From a virus (taxonomy: Duplodnaviria > Caudoviricetes): a DNA stretch of 64,000 nucleotides. Position numbers and translations under genes: made by a program. The notes under the pieces are model-generated. The model worked only from the letters and a program-made list of their open reading frames with translations. It made no database searches and had not been told where the DNA came from. This document shows positions 1 to 9,219 of this stretch, piece after piece. Position 1 is the first letter of the stretch, and every line of letters begins with the position of its first letter. The stretch is taken from IMG/VR virus record IMGVR_UViG_3300032030_000016; one strand, written 5' to 3'.

Positions 1-43
1 TAATTGCTACAACAAGACTCACTATATATTATTCTCCAATTCT

Positions 44-463
44 TCATTTAGATTTTTTTATCCAATATATTCCAATACATTCAGAACTGCAATCCCAGCT
101 ATCCCAAAATTTTTTATTTTTAATTGCTGTTAAATGATGAGTTCCTGCATGACATACAATTATATCTGTTTTTTTAATTTTGTCAAGAAATTCATATCCT
201 CTATATCTTGTATTATTATTTCTTCTCATTTGTTTGCATTTTTCAAAACCAATGTCTTCAAGATATTTCATATAACAATCTTTATTATTTGGTACAGATT
301 TTACTTCATGCGCAATTTTACTTAAATCATCAAGAACATCATCCCATGATTTACCAGTAGCAACAGATAATGCTCGTATTACACAATCACCTGTTTTTTT
401 ATTATCTGGATTAGCATTATAAAAATGCACATATTTAGTATCTTTTTGTTTTTTGTTTTTCAT
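44..463 (-). CDS. Small conserved phage protein, possible papain-like (Cys/His) peptidase fold
   Basis: Likely start ATG at 463 (MKNKKQK), downstream of a minus-strand sigmaA promoter; motifs NPxxxxxGDCVIRA, HLTAI, DSWD. Confidence 0.55.
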   Translation of the reverse strand: MKNKKQKDTKYVHFYNANPDNKKTGDCVIRALSVATGKSWDDVLDDLSKIAHEVKSVPNNKDCYMKYLEDIGFEKCKQMRRNNNTRYRGYEFLDKIKKTDIIVCHAGTHHLTAIKNKKFWDSWDCSSECIGIYWIKKSK

Positions 464-488
464 ATAATTTGCTCCTATTTTTTCTTTT

Positions 489-517
489 ATTATACCACAA
501 CATTTTATAATTGTCAA
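489..517 (-). promoter_or_regulatory. SigmaA-type promoter (minus strand) TTGACA-N17-TATAAT with TGn extended -10
   Basis: tgtcaa 512-517 and attata 489-494 on the + strand, 17-bp spacer. Confidence 0.85.
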
Positions 518-530
518 GAGGTTTTTGTAC

Positions 531-559
531 TTGACAATTAGAGAAATATGTGGTATAAT
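531..559 (+). promoter_or_regulatory. SigmaA-type promoter for the RNA polymerase gene
   Basis: TTGACA 531-536, 17 bp, TG-n-TATAAT 554-559. Confidence 0.88.
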
Positions 560-592
560 ATATATAAATATAATATAAGAAAGGAAAAGAGT

Positions 593-3325
593 ATGAAAAA
601 AAACCAGCAATATTATGTGCTGAAATTAAACACTTCATATCTTAAAAAACATAAATATAAAATTGACGTTTTATTTAATGAAGCTGTCTCATTAAATCAG
701 GTTGTTTCTGTTGGTGATTCTGCTATTTTGAGAGAAATTAGAAGATTAACAAATCATAATATTGATTTAAAAGAAATTGACGAATGGTTTAATTTAAGAA
801 AAAAAATTAAAGCAAGAGCAAAATCAAAAGAAAACGCCAGACAAATTATTGAATTAACTAAAAAAATCAATGATGCATTATATATTCCAGAATATGTCTC
901 AATTGTTGTCGATAATGTCTCACATTATGAATATATTAATCAAAATTCTTTAATAATCAATAATAAAGAATATGTGAGGCTTTTGTGTTCATCTGGTGGT
1001 GCAAGACATAATACCGTAGTATTTATTGATAAAAACTTATATGAATATTTAGATAAATTCATTACTAATGGCTCTCATGACTTTGAACTATCTCCTGCAA
1101 AATACAATGCTTATTATGCTTTATGTTCATCTGCTTCAATACCTGTTTCATGGATAAATTTTTGTGTTGTAAAAGATTGTATTATTACTAGAAAAACAAA
1201 AGTTGAGTATGTTCATGAATCAAATGAAGCAGGTATTGACGATTCTGTTGTTGAAGAAGAAATTGATTGTGAGTTCAACTTATGGGATGGCATGGGAATA
1301 ATTTCACCTGAAGGAGCAAAAAAATGGGCAGAAGATTTAGAATTAGATTATCTTCCGTCCGCTTTTTGTTTAAGAAATTCTTTTCTTAAGGGAATGGTTT
1401 GTGTTTTTGACATTCAAAAATTTTTAAAAGAAAAATCAGAAATTACAACCATTACAGACGTTTGGGGAAATGATGTTGATTTATCTAAAATTGACATGAT
1501 TTTAACAGAATCACAACTAAAACTTTGGAAAGCATATACTTCAATTGATGAATATATAGAATGTTGTTATCAAAATGGATATACTTTTTCAATTACAAAA
1601 GTAACACCAAAGTATGATAGAGATTATGCTTATTTAAATTATCAATTTATTCAGGCAACCCACCAAACAGAATCTTCTATTAAAGAATTATGTAAAGATA
1701 CAATTGAATATTTTAAAAAATTAGTTTATGACGATAATGATTATTTGAGAATTTATTGTCTTGGAAAAAGCACTGAAAATCCAACTATAACAAAAGAATT
1801 TTTTTATTCATTGCAAAATCAAGCAAAAGCTGTTCTTTTATGTGATAAATTTATAGATGATCCATATGTGAGAAATTGGCTTATTCAAAGTTTAAATAAA
1901 AAAATTAAAGATTCGTATATAGGGAATATTCTTGTAAATGGTAATTTCCAAGTGGCAATATCAGACCCATATGCGCTCATGGAATATGTGTGTGGTTTAG
2001 AACCAAAAGGATTATTGCAAGAACATGAAATATTTTGTGATTATTGGGTAAAAAGAAATGTAAATAAAGTTGCTTCTATGAGAGCACCCTTAACTTGGAG
2101 ATCAGAAGTAAATGTTGTAAATATAAAACAAAGTGAAGAAACTAATGAGTGGTATTCATATTTATATTCTGGATTAGTTTATAATATATTTGGTGTTGAT
2201 TGTATGCTTCAAGCAGATTCAGATTTTGATTTTGATATACTTTTAACAACCAACAATCAGCAGATAATTAACGGTGCTTTTGGTGGTTTGCCTATTACAT
2301 ACGATAAACATCCCATCAAAAAAATAAAGATAAATAAAAAAGAATTATATAAATTTGATAAAAGAGCTTTTGATACAAGAATTGGATTTATTACAAATAT
2401 TTCAACATCTTTATATAGTATGTTGAACAATTTTAGTAAAGAAAGTAAAGAATATAAAAAGATTATAGAAAGATTAAAGATTCTTCGTAAGTGTCAGGGC
2501 AATGAAATCGATAAAACAAAAGGAGCTAATCCAAAGCCATTCCCTATTTGGTGGACAAGAAAAACTCCTGACATTATCTTTAACACAACAGAAGATGAAG
2601 AGTTGAATAAAAAAATAATGGTTACAAAAAGACCTTATTTTATGAGATATTTATATACTGATTATAATAAAAAATATCAAAAGCATATTGAAAATTTCAA
2701 TGTATATTGTATATCAAAATATGGATATGACATCAATGAATTAAAAAACTGTAAATATCAAACAGAAGAAACAATTAAATCTTTAAAAGATTTTGAATTG
2801 TTGTCGCCCTTGATAGACAACAATAGTACAATGAACTTACTATGTCATTATATGGAAAACCAAATTCAAGAAATAAAAGCATATAGAAAAAATAAGTTTG
2901 CTTATTATGAACTAATGATGTCTGATATTGATAATGAAAAAATAAAAGAATATATTGAACAAATTATTCCATATTATAATAGATTTTTGCAAATAAGAGC
3001 AAAAGATGTTATTGAACAAGATGAAATAAATTACGATATTTATGGAATGGATATAAGTTCATTAAAATTATCTATGATAAAAAATATTTCATCTAATGAA
3101 AACGAATTATGTAATATCTGTATTCTTTTAGTATATTCAATACATCCAAATTATAAAAAAGATTTTGCATGGGATTTATTTGGTGATATAATTATAAAAA
3201 ATATAATAAATAACACTGATGGCATAGCTCATATGCCAATAAAAGATAAAAATGGTAAAACTGAATATTTATATAGTAAATATAGTTTTATTGATTTAGA
3301 TTTAAAGGAATCTTTAGAAGAATGA
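593..3325 (+). CDS. yonO: YonO-like single-subunit (two-barrel) DNA-dependent RNA polymerase
   Basis: Start ATG 593 after AAGGA; motifs KYNAYYAL, WDGMGIISP, RNSFLKGM, RAPLT, DxDFDFD catalytic loop, QGNEIDKTKG, RPYFMRY; located upstream of the packaging genes as in SPbeta. Confidence 0.85.
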   Translation: MKKNQQYYVLKLNTSYLKKHKYKIDVLFNEAVSLNQVVSVGDSAILREIRRLTNHNIDLKEIDEWFNLRKKIKARAKSKENARQIIELTKKINDALYIPEYVSIVVDNVSHYEYINQNSLIINNKEYVRLLCSSGGARHNTVVFIDKNLYEYLDKFITNGSHDFELSPAKYNAYYALCSSASIPVSWINFCVVKDCIITRKTKVEYVHESNEAGIDDSVVEEEIDCEFNLWDGMGIISPEGAKKWAEDLELDYLPSAFCLRNSFLKGMVCVFDIQKFLKEKSEITTITDVWGNDVDLSKIDMILTESQLKLWKAYTSIDEYIECCYQNGYTFSITKVTPKYDRDYAYLNYQFIQATHQTESSIKELCKDTIEYFKKLVYDDNDYLRIYCLGKSTENPTITKEFFYSLQNQAKAVLLCDKFIDDPYVRNWLIQSLNKKIKDSYIGNILVNGNFQVAISDPYALMEYVCGLEPKGLLQEHEIFCDYWVKRNVNKVASMRAPLTWRSEVNVVNIKQSEETNEWYSYLYSGLVYNIFGVDCMLQADSDFDFDILLTTNNQQIINGAFGGLPITYDKHPIKKIKINKKELYKFDKRAFDTRIGFITNISTSLYSMLNNFSKESKEYKKIIERLKILRKCQGNEIDKTKGANPKPFPIWWTRKTPDIIFNTTEDEELNKKIMVTKRPYFMRYLYTDYNKKYQKHIENFNVYCISKYGYDINELKNCKYQTEETIKSLKDFELLSPLIDNNSTMNLLCHYMENQIQEIKAYRKNKFAYYELMMSDIDNEKIKEYIEQIIPYYNRFLQIRAKDVIEQDEINYDIYGMDISSLKLSMIKNISSNENELCNICILLVYSIHPNYKKDFAWDLFGDIIIKNIINNTDGIAHMPIKDKNGKTEYLYSKYSFIDLDLKESLEE

Positions 3326-4077
3326 AAATGATTTTAGATGAATATGAATATGTTCAAAAAATGATAAAAGAAAAGAGATTCTTAGATAAACCAATGTCAT
3401 CCACGGATATAAATATTTTAGCAAAATATTATCGTTGGCATGAAGGATTGACTGGAATCAAGTTAAGAGACGAAGTGGTAAATTTTTGTAAAAAAGCAAC
3501 AAATATTTATAATAACATATCATATGAATCGAGAATTGATTATGCTTGTAATTTATCAAAAAAATTAAAATTAAGAATTCCGAAATCAATATATTTAACA
3601 TTAACAGAAGTTGATATTATAAGAAATATTGATTTAAATGAAAATGTTAAAAAAACTCTTTTTGGAATGTTATGTTTATCAAAATATTATAAAACAACAT
3701 CCATAAGAATTACAAAAAATGAAAAAGATGTTATTTCTGATAAACTTTTTTATAATAGACCTATATCTGATGTTTTATTATTAATGAAAATAAGGCTGAA
3801 TAAGGCACAAAAATATGGGTTAATGTATGATCTTCAACATAGTAAACTTGTGAATGCCAGATATAATGGTAATTACGAAATTTTATTTCATGATATTATA
3901 GGGGAAGAAAAATATGAAATAAAGTATATAGAAGAAATTCTTATGTATTATGAAATAATTATAAAAAACAAAGAAAATCTTTCTATTTGTTCAAAATGCG
4001 GAAAGCCAATGTTTATATATAATACACACAAAAGTAGACAAGTTGTAGAACCTGTTTGTAAAGATTGTAAAATATAA
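3322..4077 (+). CDS. Hypothetical protein with C-terminal Zn ribbon, coupled to the RNAP gene
   Basis: ATGA overlap with the RNAP stop; CSKC...CKDC at the C-terminus. Confidence 0.6.
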   Translation: MKMILDEYEYVQKMIKEKRFLDKPMSSTDINILAKYYRWHEGLTGIKLRDEVVNFCKKATNIYNNISYESRIDYACNLSKKLKLRIPKSIYLTLTEVDIIRNIDLNENVKKTLFGMLCLSKYYKTTSIRITKNEKDVISDKLFYNRPISDVLLLMKIRLNKAQKYGLMYDLQHSKLVNARYNGNYEILFHDIIGEEKYEIKYIEEILMYYEIIIKNKENLSICSKCGKPMFIYNTHKSRQVVEPVCKDCKI

Positions 4078-4082
4078 AAATA

Positions 4083-4132
4083 AAATCGCAAAAGTGCAGT
4101 ACTTTTGCACTTTTGCGATTTGTTTCTTTAAT
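4083..4132 (+). promoter_or_regulatory. 16-bp inverted repeat containing the AAAAGTGCAGTAC / TGCAC-N16-TnnAAT element (candidate late promoter and/or terminator)
   Basis: aaatcgcaaaagtgca 4083-4098 and tgcacttttgcgattt 4106-4121; the motif recurs at 29244 and 46556. Confidence 0.55.
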
Positions 4133-4181
4133 GAAAGGAACCCCGGGTGGGGCCTACGGAGGAAAGGATGTATAATATTCA

Positions 4182-5381
4182 ATGATTGACAAAACTAAAT
4201 ATTATAACTTATATAATACAGGAATAACAAAAGAAGAATTGATTTTTGAAATGGGAAAAGATAAAGAAACCTATGGATATGATTGGGAATCATGTTCTGA
4301 AATATTAAATCAAATTCTTGAAAAAAATGTAGACCCTGAAAGCTATAGAAAAAGATATGGGGAAATAAAAAGATTCTACGAAATTTTCCAAACAAAAATT
4401 CGTCAAGAAACAAATGAAGATATTCTTAAAGAAATAGAACAAAGACAGGAAGAATTAAAAAAAGAAAAATATAAATTTTTTGATGCAAGAAATGAATATA
4501 ATGCCCTTTTAAGAAAAAGAGCAAGACAGGAAGAAATTAATAATATTATTGTTGATTCAATAAATTCTCTTGATAAAAATAATTTTAAATTAAAAAAATC
4601 TATTCCTGCAACAAAAGAAGAAACGATGATTATCCCATTAAATGACTTACATTGTGGTTATAAAATTGAATCTATTTTGGGTAAATATGATGAAATAATT
4701 TTGAAAGAAAGAATTGAAAAATATTTATCTGAAATTATACAAATTCAAAATCAACATCATTGTGAAAGAGCTGTTGTGCTTGGTGGAGGAGATTTAATTA
4801 GTGGGAATATTCATGCTGAAATTAAAAGAAGTAATAATCTAAACGTTATTGAACAGCTTATTACTGTGTCAGAATATATATCAAATTTTTTGGCAGAATT
4901 GTCTACTATATTTAAAACAGTTTCATTTTTGTCTGTATCTGGTAATCACTCTCGTATTGAAAAATATAAAGATTCTATTAAAGAAGAACGTCTTGATGAT
5001 ATTGTTGAATGGTATTTAAAAGCAAATTTATCAAGATTTAACAATATTGAATTTGATAATTATATTAATGCTGATGCAACAATTAAAATTTTTGAAGTAT
5101 ATGAAAAATCATATATATTGATTCATGGTGATTATGACGATAATAATAATGGGTTAATTTTACAGAAACTTGCAAATAGACCTATTACTGCGATATTTTC
5201 TGGGCATTATCATCATAATGAAGTAGTTACGAAAAATGAAATCAAGTTTATTATGAGCGGTTCATTTATTGGAACTGATAACTTTACAATTCAAAAAAGA
5301 ATTGTTGCTCATCCTGAACAGTTGATAACAATACTTGACAAAAACGGTGTTTGCTGTTATTATGATATTGACTTATTATGA
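4182..5381 (+). CDS. Calcineurin-like metallophosphoesterase with N-terminal coiled coil
   Basis: DLH, GGD, GNH, HGD, GHYH motifs in canonical order. Confidence 0.85.
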   Translation: MIDKTKYYNLYNTGITKEELIFEMGKDKETYGYDWESCSEILNQILEKNVDPESYRKRYGEIKRFYEIFQTKIRQETNEDILKEIEQRQEELKKEKYKFFDARNEYNALLRKRARQEEINNIIVDSINSLDKNNFKLKKSIPATKEETMIIPLNDLHCGYKIESILGKYDEIILKERIEKYLSEIIQIQNQHHCERAVVLGGGDLISGNIHAEIKRSNNLNVIEQLITVSEYISNFLAELSTIFKTVSFLSVSGNHSRIEKYKDSIKEERLDDIVEWYLKANLSRFNNIEFDNYINADATIKIFEVYEKSYILIHGDYDDNNNGLILQKLANRPITAIFSGHYHHNEVVTKNEIKFIMSGSFIGTDNFTIQKRIVAHPEQLITILDKNGVCCYYDIDLL

Positions 5382-5710
5382 GTACAAAAAATGAAGAAAA
5401 ACAAATGCTCGTCAAACAAACAACAATAGATGTTGCAAAAAAAACATCTAAAAGATTCAATGGTATAAATACACCAGAAATTAAAATGATAATTGACGAG
5501 ACTTTTAATGTAATAAAAGAAATGATTCTTGATGGTGATTATGTTGTTATACAAGGATTAGGGGTTTTTTATACAGACTATCTTGATGAAGTTGATATAA
5601 AAGACCCAAGAAATAATGATATAATTCATTTTCAAAGAAGAAAAGTTCCACGCTTTTATTTTTCAAGAAATTTTAAAAAACAAATAAAAACATTTGATGA
5701 AAAGAAATAA
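5378..5710 (+). CDS. HU/IHF-family DNA-binding protein
   Basis: GDYVVIQGLGVF, DPRNND and RRKVPRFYFSRNFK match the HU arm motif. Confidence 0.8.
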   Translation: MSTKNEEKQMLVKQTTIDVAKKTSKRFNGINTPEIKMIIDETFNVIKEMILDGDYVVIQGLGVFYTDYLDEVDIKDPRNNDIIHFQRRKVPRFYFSRNFKKQIKTFDEKK

Positions 5711-6035
5711 AACTATGGGATTAATAGAAAAAAAGGAAAAAATAAAAAAAGAAAAATCTCAATCCATGAAATTGAATAAAAAGAAAATTATTCAATATAT
5801 AGCAGATAAGACATATGATAATGAAGACAAAATTGGTTACTATTTTGATTCCATTTTTTATGGCATATCTTTAGCTTTACAAGAAGGGTATGAGGTTCCT
5901 ATTGCTGATTTTGGTAAGTTTTACACAAAAAAAAGACATGTAAACAATCAAAGTATTGGGTTTGTTGGTGATATAAAGAAGATATTTTTTAAACCAACTA
6001 AAAAATTAAAAAAACTTATAAATAATAATGAATAA
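5694..6035 (+). CDS. Second HU/IHF-like DNA-binding protein
   Basis: EGYEVPIADFGKF and FKPTKKLK. Confidence 0.7.
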   Translation: MMKRNKTMGLIEKKEKIKKEKSQSMKLNKKKIIQYIADKTYDNEDKIGYYFDSIFYGISLALQEGYEVPIADFGKFYTKKRHVNNQSIGFVGDIKKIFFKPTKKLKKLINNNE

Positions 6036-6044
6036 AAAGAAAGA

Positions 6045-6079
6045 AAAAAAGGAGATGAGCATTAATCAACTCCTTTTTT
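6045..6079 (+). terminator. Intrinsic terminator-like hairpin
   Basis: aaaaaaggag...ctcctttttt. Confidence 0.55.
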
Positions 6080-6101
6080 ATTTAAAAGAAAGGAGTGTTA
6101 T

Positions 6102-7349
6102 ATGGCTAGACCAAAAGGTATGGTCATTACAAAAAAAGAAAAAAGTAGTGACAATGCTGAAATGATTCAATCTGAAATAGACGCTCTTTCTCAAAAAATA
6201 CAAGAAAAGGGTAATATAAAAGAAGTTGATGAAAAAATAATTGTTTTTGCTTGCCCTCGATGTGGTGAAACATCTAAAAATAGTTTCTACCCATCGTATA
6301 ATAAAACAAATATAATTTCAAAAAAAACTATTTATTGTAAAAAATGTATTGATGAAATATATAATGAATCACTACAATTATTTAAAAATGATAAAATAGC
6401 TATTACAAATGTTTGTCAAATATTAAATATTCCTTTTGATGAACGAATATATAATTCATGTAAAGAACTTGAAGACGAAGAAATTGACAAGTCATTAATA
6501 AAAACGTATTTTGAAAAAATTTCTGTATATAAATCTATTTATAATATTGGTGATTCATATGCAGATGGTGATACATTTTTTATAAAAGATAGTATTATTT
6601 CTAATGATGAATATAGTCAATATAAAGATAATATTGATAAACAACAAGAATACTTACAGCAAGTAAAAAAAACTGATGAAACAGTAAAAAGGAATAAAGA
6701 AGATGTTATAAGAATTGTTGGAGCTGACCCGTTTGAAAACTATCCTCCTGAAGATGCCACTGAACTATATGCTTCTTTATTAGATTTTTTAGATGAAGAT
6801 GTTGATCCACCAAGATTTTTATTAAACATATATATAGAAATTATAAAGAATTTCTATTTATTAGATAAAATTAATGAAGAAATGCTTATTCAAACATCTG
6901 ATTCCGAAAATTTATTTGCTAATGCAAAACAAATTAAAACATTAAATGATACAAAAACCACAATACAGAATACAATTAATAGGATTGCTTCTGATAATCA
7001 AATTAGTTTAAAAACCGCTAAAGATAAAGGCGATAAGAGTAAAAAGTTTACATATATTATAAGAAAATTAATGGAATATGATGATTTAGATGATGTAAAG
7101 TCAAATGTTTTTGATATAAAAACATCAAAAGCAATGGCTGAAGTTGAAAAACAAAGTTTTGGCAATATGATTTCACAACTTAATATTGAAGAGAACGATT
7201 ATATAAACGTTCTTGCCAATCAAAGAAATAGGATTGCTGAATTAGAAAGTGAACTATTGAAAACAAAAGAAAAAAATCGTGCCAAAACAAAACGAATAAA
7301 TAAACTTGAAGAACGCTTAAAAAGTTTGAGTGAGAAAAATGAAGAATAA
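6102..7349 (+). CDS. Zn-finger / coiled-coil protein, possible terminase small subunit (YonG-like position)
   Basis: CPRC and CKKC motifs; directly upstream of and overlapping the large terminase. Confidence 0.5.
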   Translation: MARPKGMVITKKEKSSDNAEMIQSEIDALSQKIQEKGNIKEVDEKIIVFACPRCGETSKNSFYPSYNKTNIISKKTIYCKKCIDEIYNESLQLFKNDKIAITNVCQILNIPFDERIYNSCKELEDEEIDKSLIKTYFEKISVYKSIYNIGDSYADGDTFFIKDSIISNDEYSQYKDNIDKQQEYLQQVKKTDETVKRNKEDVIRIVGADPFENYPPEDATELYASLLDFLDEDVDPPRFLLNIYIEIIKNFYLLDKINEEMLIQTSDSENLFANAKQIKTLNDTKTTIQNTINRIASDNQISLKTAKDKGDKSKKFTYIIRKLMEYDDLDDVKSNVFDIKTSKAMAEVEKQSFGNMISQLNIEENDYINVLANQRNRIAELESELLKTKEKNRAKTKRINKLEERLKSLSEKNEE

Positions 7350-9186
7350 TATTATTACGTCTAAATCATTTTATAGTTTATCACAAAGAAAACAAGACCA
7401 TTATGAACAATATATTAAACTTTTAAAATGGGGTAGAAAATATCCAATACGTTTTATTGAAACATTTTTCAATGTTGAATTATTAGACTACCAGAAATAT
7501 TTAATTTCAAAAACATGGGTTGCGGATAACTCATTATGGCTAATGTGTCGTAATGGCTCAAAAACAACATGTTTATCTTTTTATACTTTAGCAAGATGTA
7601 TTTTATTTCCAGATACAGAAGCATGGCTTATATCAAGAACTGGTTCGCAATCAAAAGAGTTATACGGCAAAATGGAAAAAATGGCAAAGAAGAGTCTTCC
7701 TTCATTTCCTAATTTAAGTGATTTTATTCTTGATGAGAGTGAAAAGATTCTCCATGATGACCAATCATATGAATGGACTTTCCCAAATAAAAGTTCCATA
7801 CATACGTTAAATGGTATTCCAGATAATGCTCGTGGACATCGTTCCACGTTGAACATTTATGATGAAAGCGCATTTATCACCGAAGAACTCTTTAAAGCAA
7901 CAGAACCTTTCCTACTTCAAGACTCAACATTTGTTACTGGTGTAAATCTTGAAGAAAGACCAGACCCACCGGGGAATCAAAGAATATTTGCCAGTTCTGC
8001 TGGTGATGTTGATAGTTATTTTTATTCTCAATATCGTGATTATTTTTTGAGAATGATGGGTGGAGATAGTAGATATTTTGTTGCTAATATTGATGCAGAT
8101 ATGCTGTTTGATGCCACAATGAATGGCAAAGTATATCCTGTTTCACTAATTAAAAAAGAAGATGTAAAAAGAGATTTACAAAAAGAACCAGCTAAAGCAA
8201 ATAGAGAATACTATAATAAATTCGATTCTGATGGTGGAATTAATCAAGTATTTAGACGGTCTTTATTGATAAAAAATTCAGAACAACGTGCACCTATTCT
8301 TTTTAATAAAGATGGAGATAAGCGTTTTATTCTCGCTTATGATCCTGCAAGAACATATGATAATAGTATTGTTGCTATTGCAGAAATAAAAGAACATCCT
8401 AATGGTGGTTATAAAGCAGAAATATGTAATTGCATATCACTTATTGACACCAGAGTAAAAAAGAAAAAGCCAGAAACCACACCAGATCAAGTACAAGCTA
8501 TAAAAAAAATGCTATTAGATTATAATGGTTGGAATATACCTGATTATGAAAATATAGATAGTTTGTGTGTTGATGCTGGCCCGGGAGGCGGGGGTATGAT
8601 AATAGCAGACCTTTTTATGGAGAATTGGATAGGAGAGGATGGAACAGAGCATAAAGGACTTATTGATCCTCAAATTAGTAGTGATTATGTCTCTCGATTC
8701 CCACAAGCAATCCATAAATTAAAACTTGTTGAACCTACTAAAATGAAACGGATTGCTTTTGATAACCTAAGAGAACTTCTTGCTCAAGGTAGAATTACTT
8801 TTACTGAAGAATTTAAAAAAGGAAATTCTACTATTACTATAGTTGAAAAAACACCAAAAGGGAAAGACAAAACAATAGAGAAGACAGTTTCAACTGAAGA
8901 GGCGTTGGCACTTATCAATATTGAACTAATGAAAGGTGAACTGGTTAATATTTATCGTAAAGATACAACTAATGGGTACACATATGATTTAAATCCTGAA
9001 CTAAAAGGAAGAAATTTCGATGATAGAGCATATGTTTGTGCTTTAATAGCATTAAGATTATCCGAGATAAATAGAGCAAAATTAAATAAAAATCCAAATA
9101 ACTTTAATTATGCAAATTTCATTTATGGAACTTCAAGTGGTTCAAAAAAAACAAATATTTTTGGAAGTTCATTTAATGGATTTTGA
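7339..9186 (+). CDS. terL: Terminase large subunit
   Basis: Walker A-like RNGSKT, ARGHR, Walker B IYDES, ASSA coupling motif, nuclease AYDPAR and DDRAY. Confidence 0.88.
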   Translation: MKNNIITSKSFYSLSQRKQDHYEQYIKLLKWGRKYPIRFIETFFNVELLDYQKYLISKTWVADNSLWLMCRNGSKTTCLSFYTLARCILFPDTEAWLISRTGSQSKELYGKMEKMAKKSLPSFPNLSDFILDESEKILHDDQSYEWTFPNKSSIHTLNGIPDNARGHRSTLNIYDESAFITEELFKATEPFLLQDSTFVTGVNLEERPDPPGNQRIFASSAGDVDSYFYSQYRDYFLRMMGGDSRYFVANIDADMLFDATMNGKVYPVSLIKKEDVKRDLQKEPAKANREYYNKFDSDGGINQVFRRSLLIKNSEQRAPILFNKDGDKRFILAYDPARTYDNSIVAIAEIKEHPNGGYKAEICNCISLIDTRVKKKKPETTPDQVQAIKKMLLDYNGWNIPDYENIDSLCVDAGPGGGGMIIADLFMENWIGEDGTEHKGLIDPQISSDYVSRFPQAIHKLKLVEPTKMKRIAFDNLRELLAQGRITFTEEFKKGNSTITIVEKTPKGKDKTIEKTVSTEEALALINIELMKGELVNIYRKDTTNGYTYDLNPELKGRNFDDRAYVCALIALRLSEINRAKLNKNPNNFNYANFIYGTSSGSKKTNIFGSSFNGF

Positions 9187-9219
9187 TAAAAAATTTTATA
9201 AAGAAAGGAGGGTAAAAAA

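Noticed and set aside
548-592. Longer N-termini for the RNAP ORF (548) and the minus-strand ORF (610)
   Set aside because: They overlap the divergent promoters; starts at 593 and 463 fit the RBS and promoter positions better.
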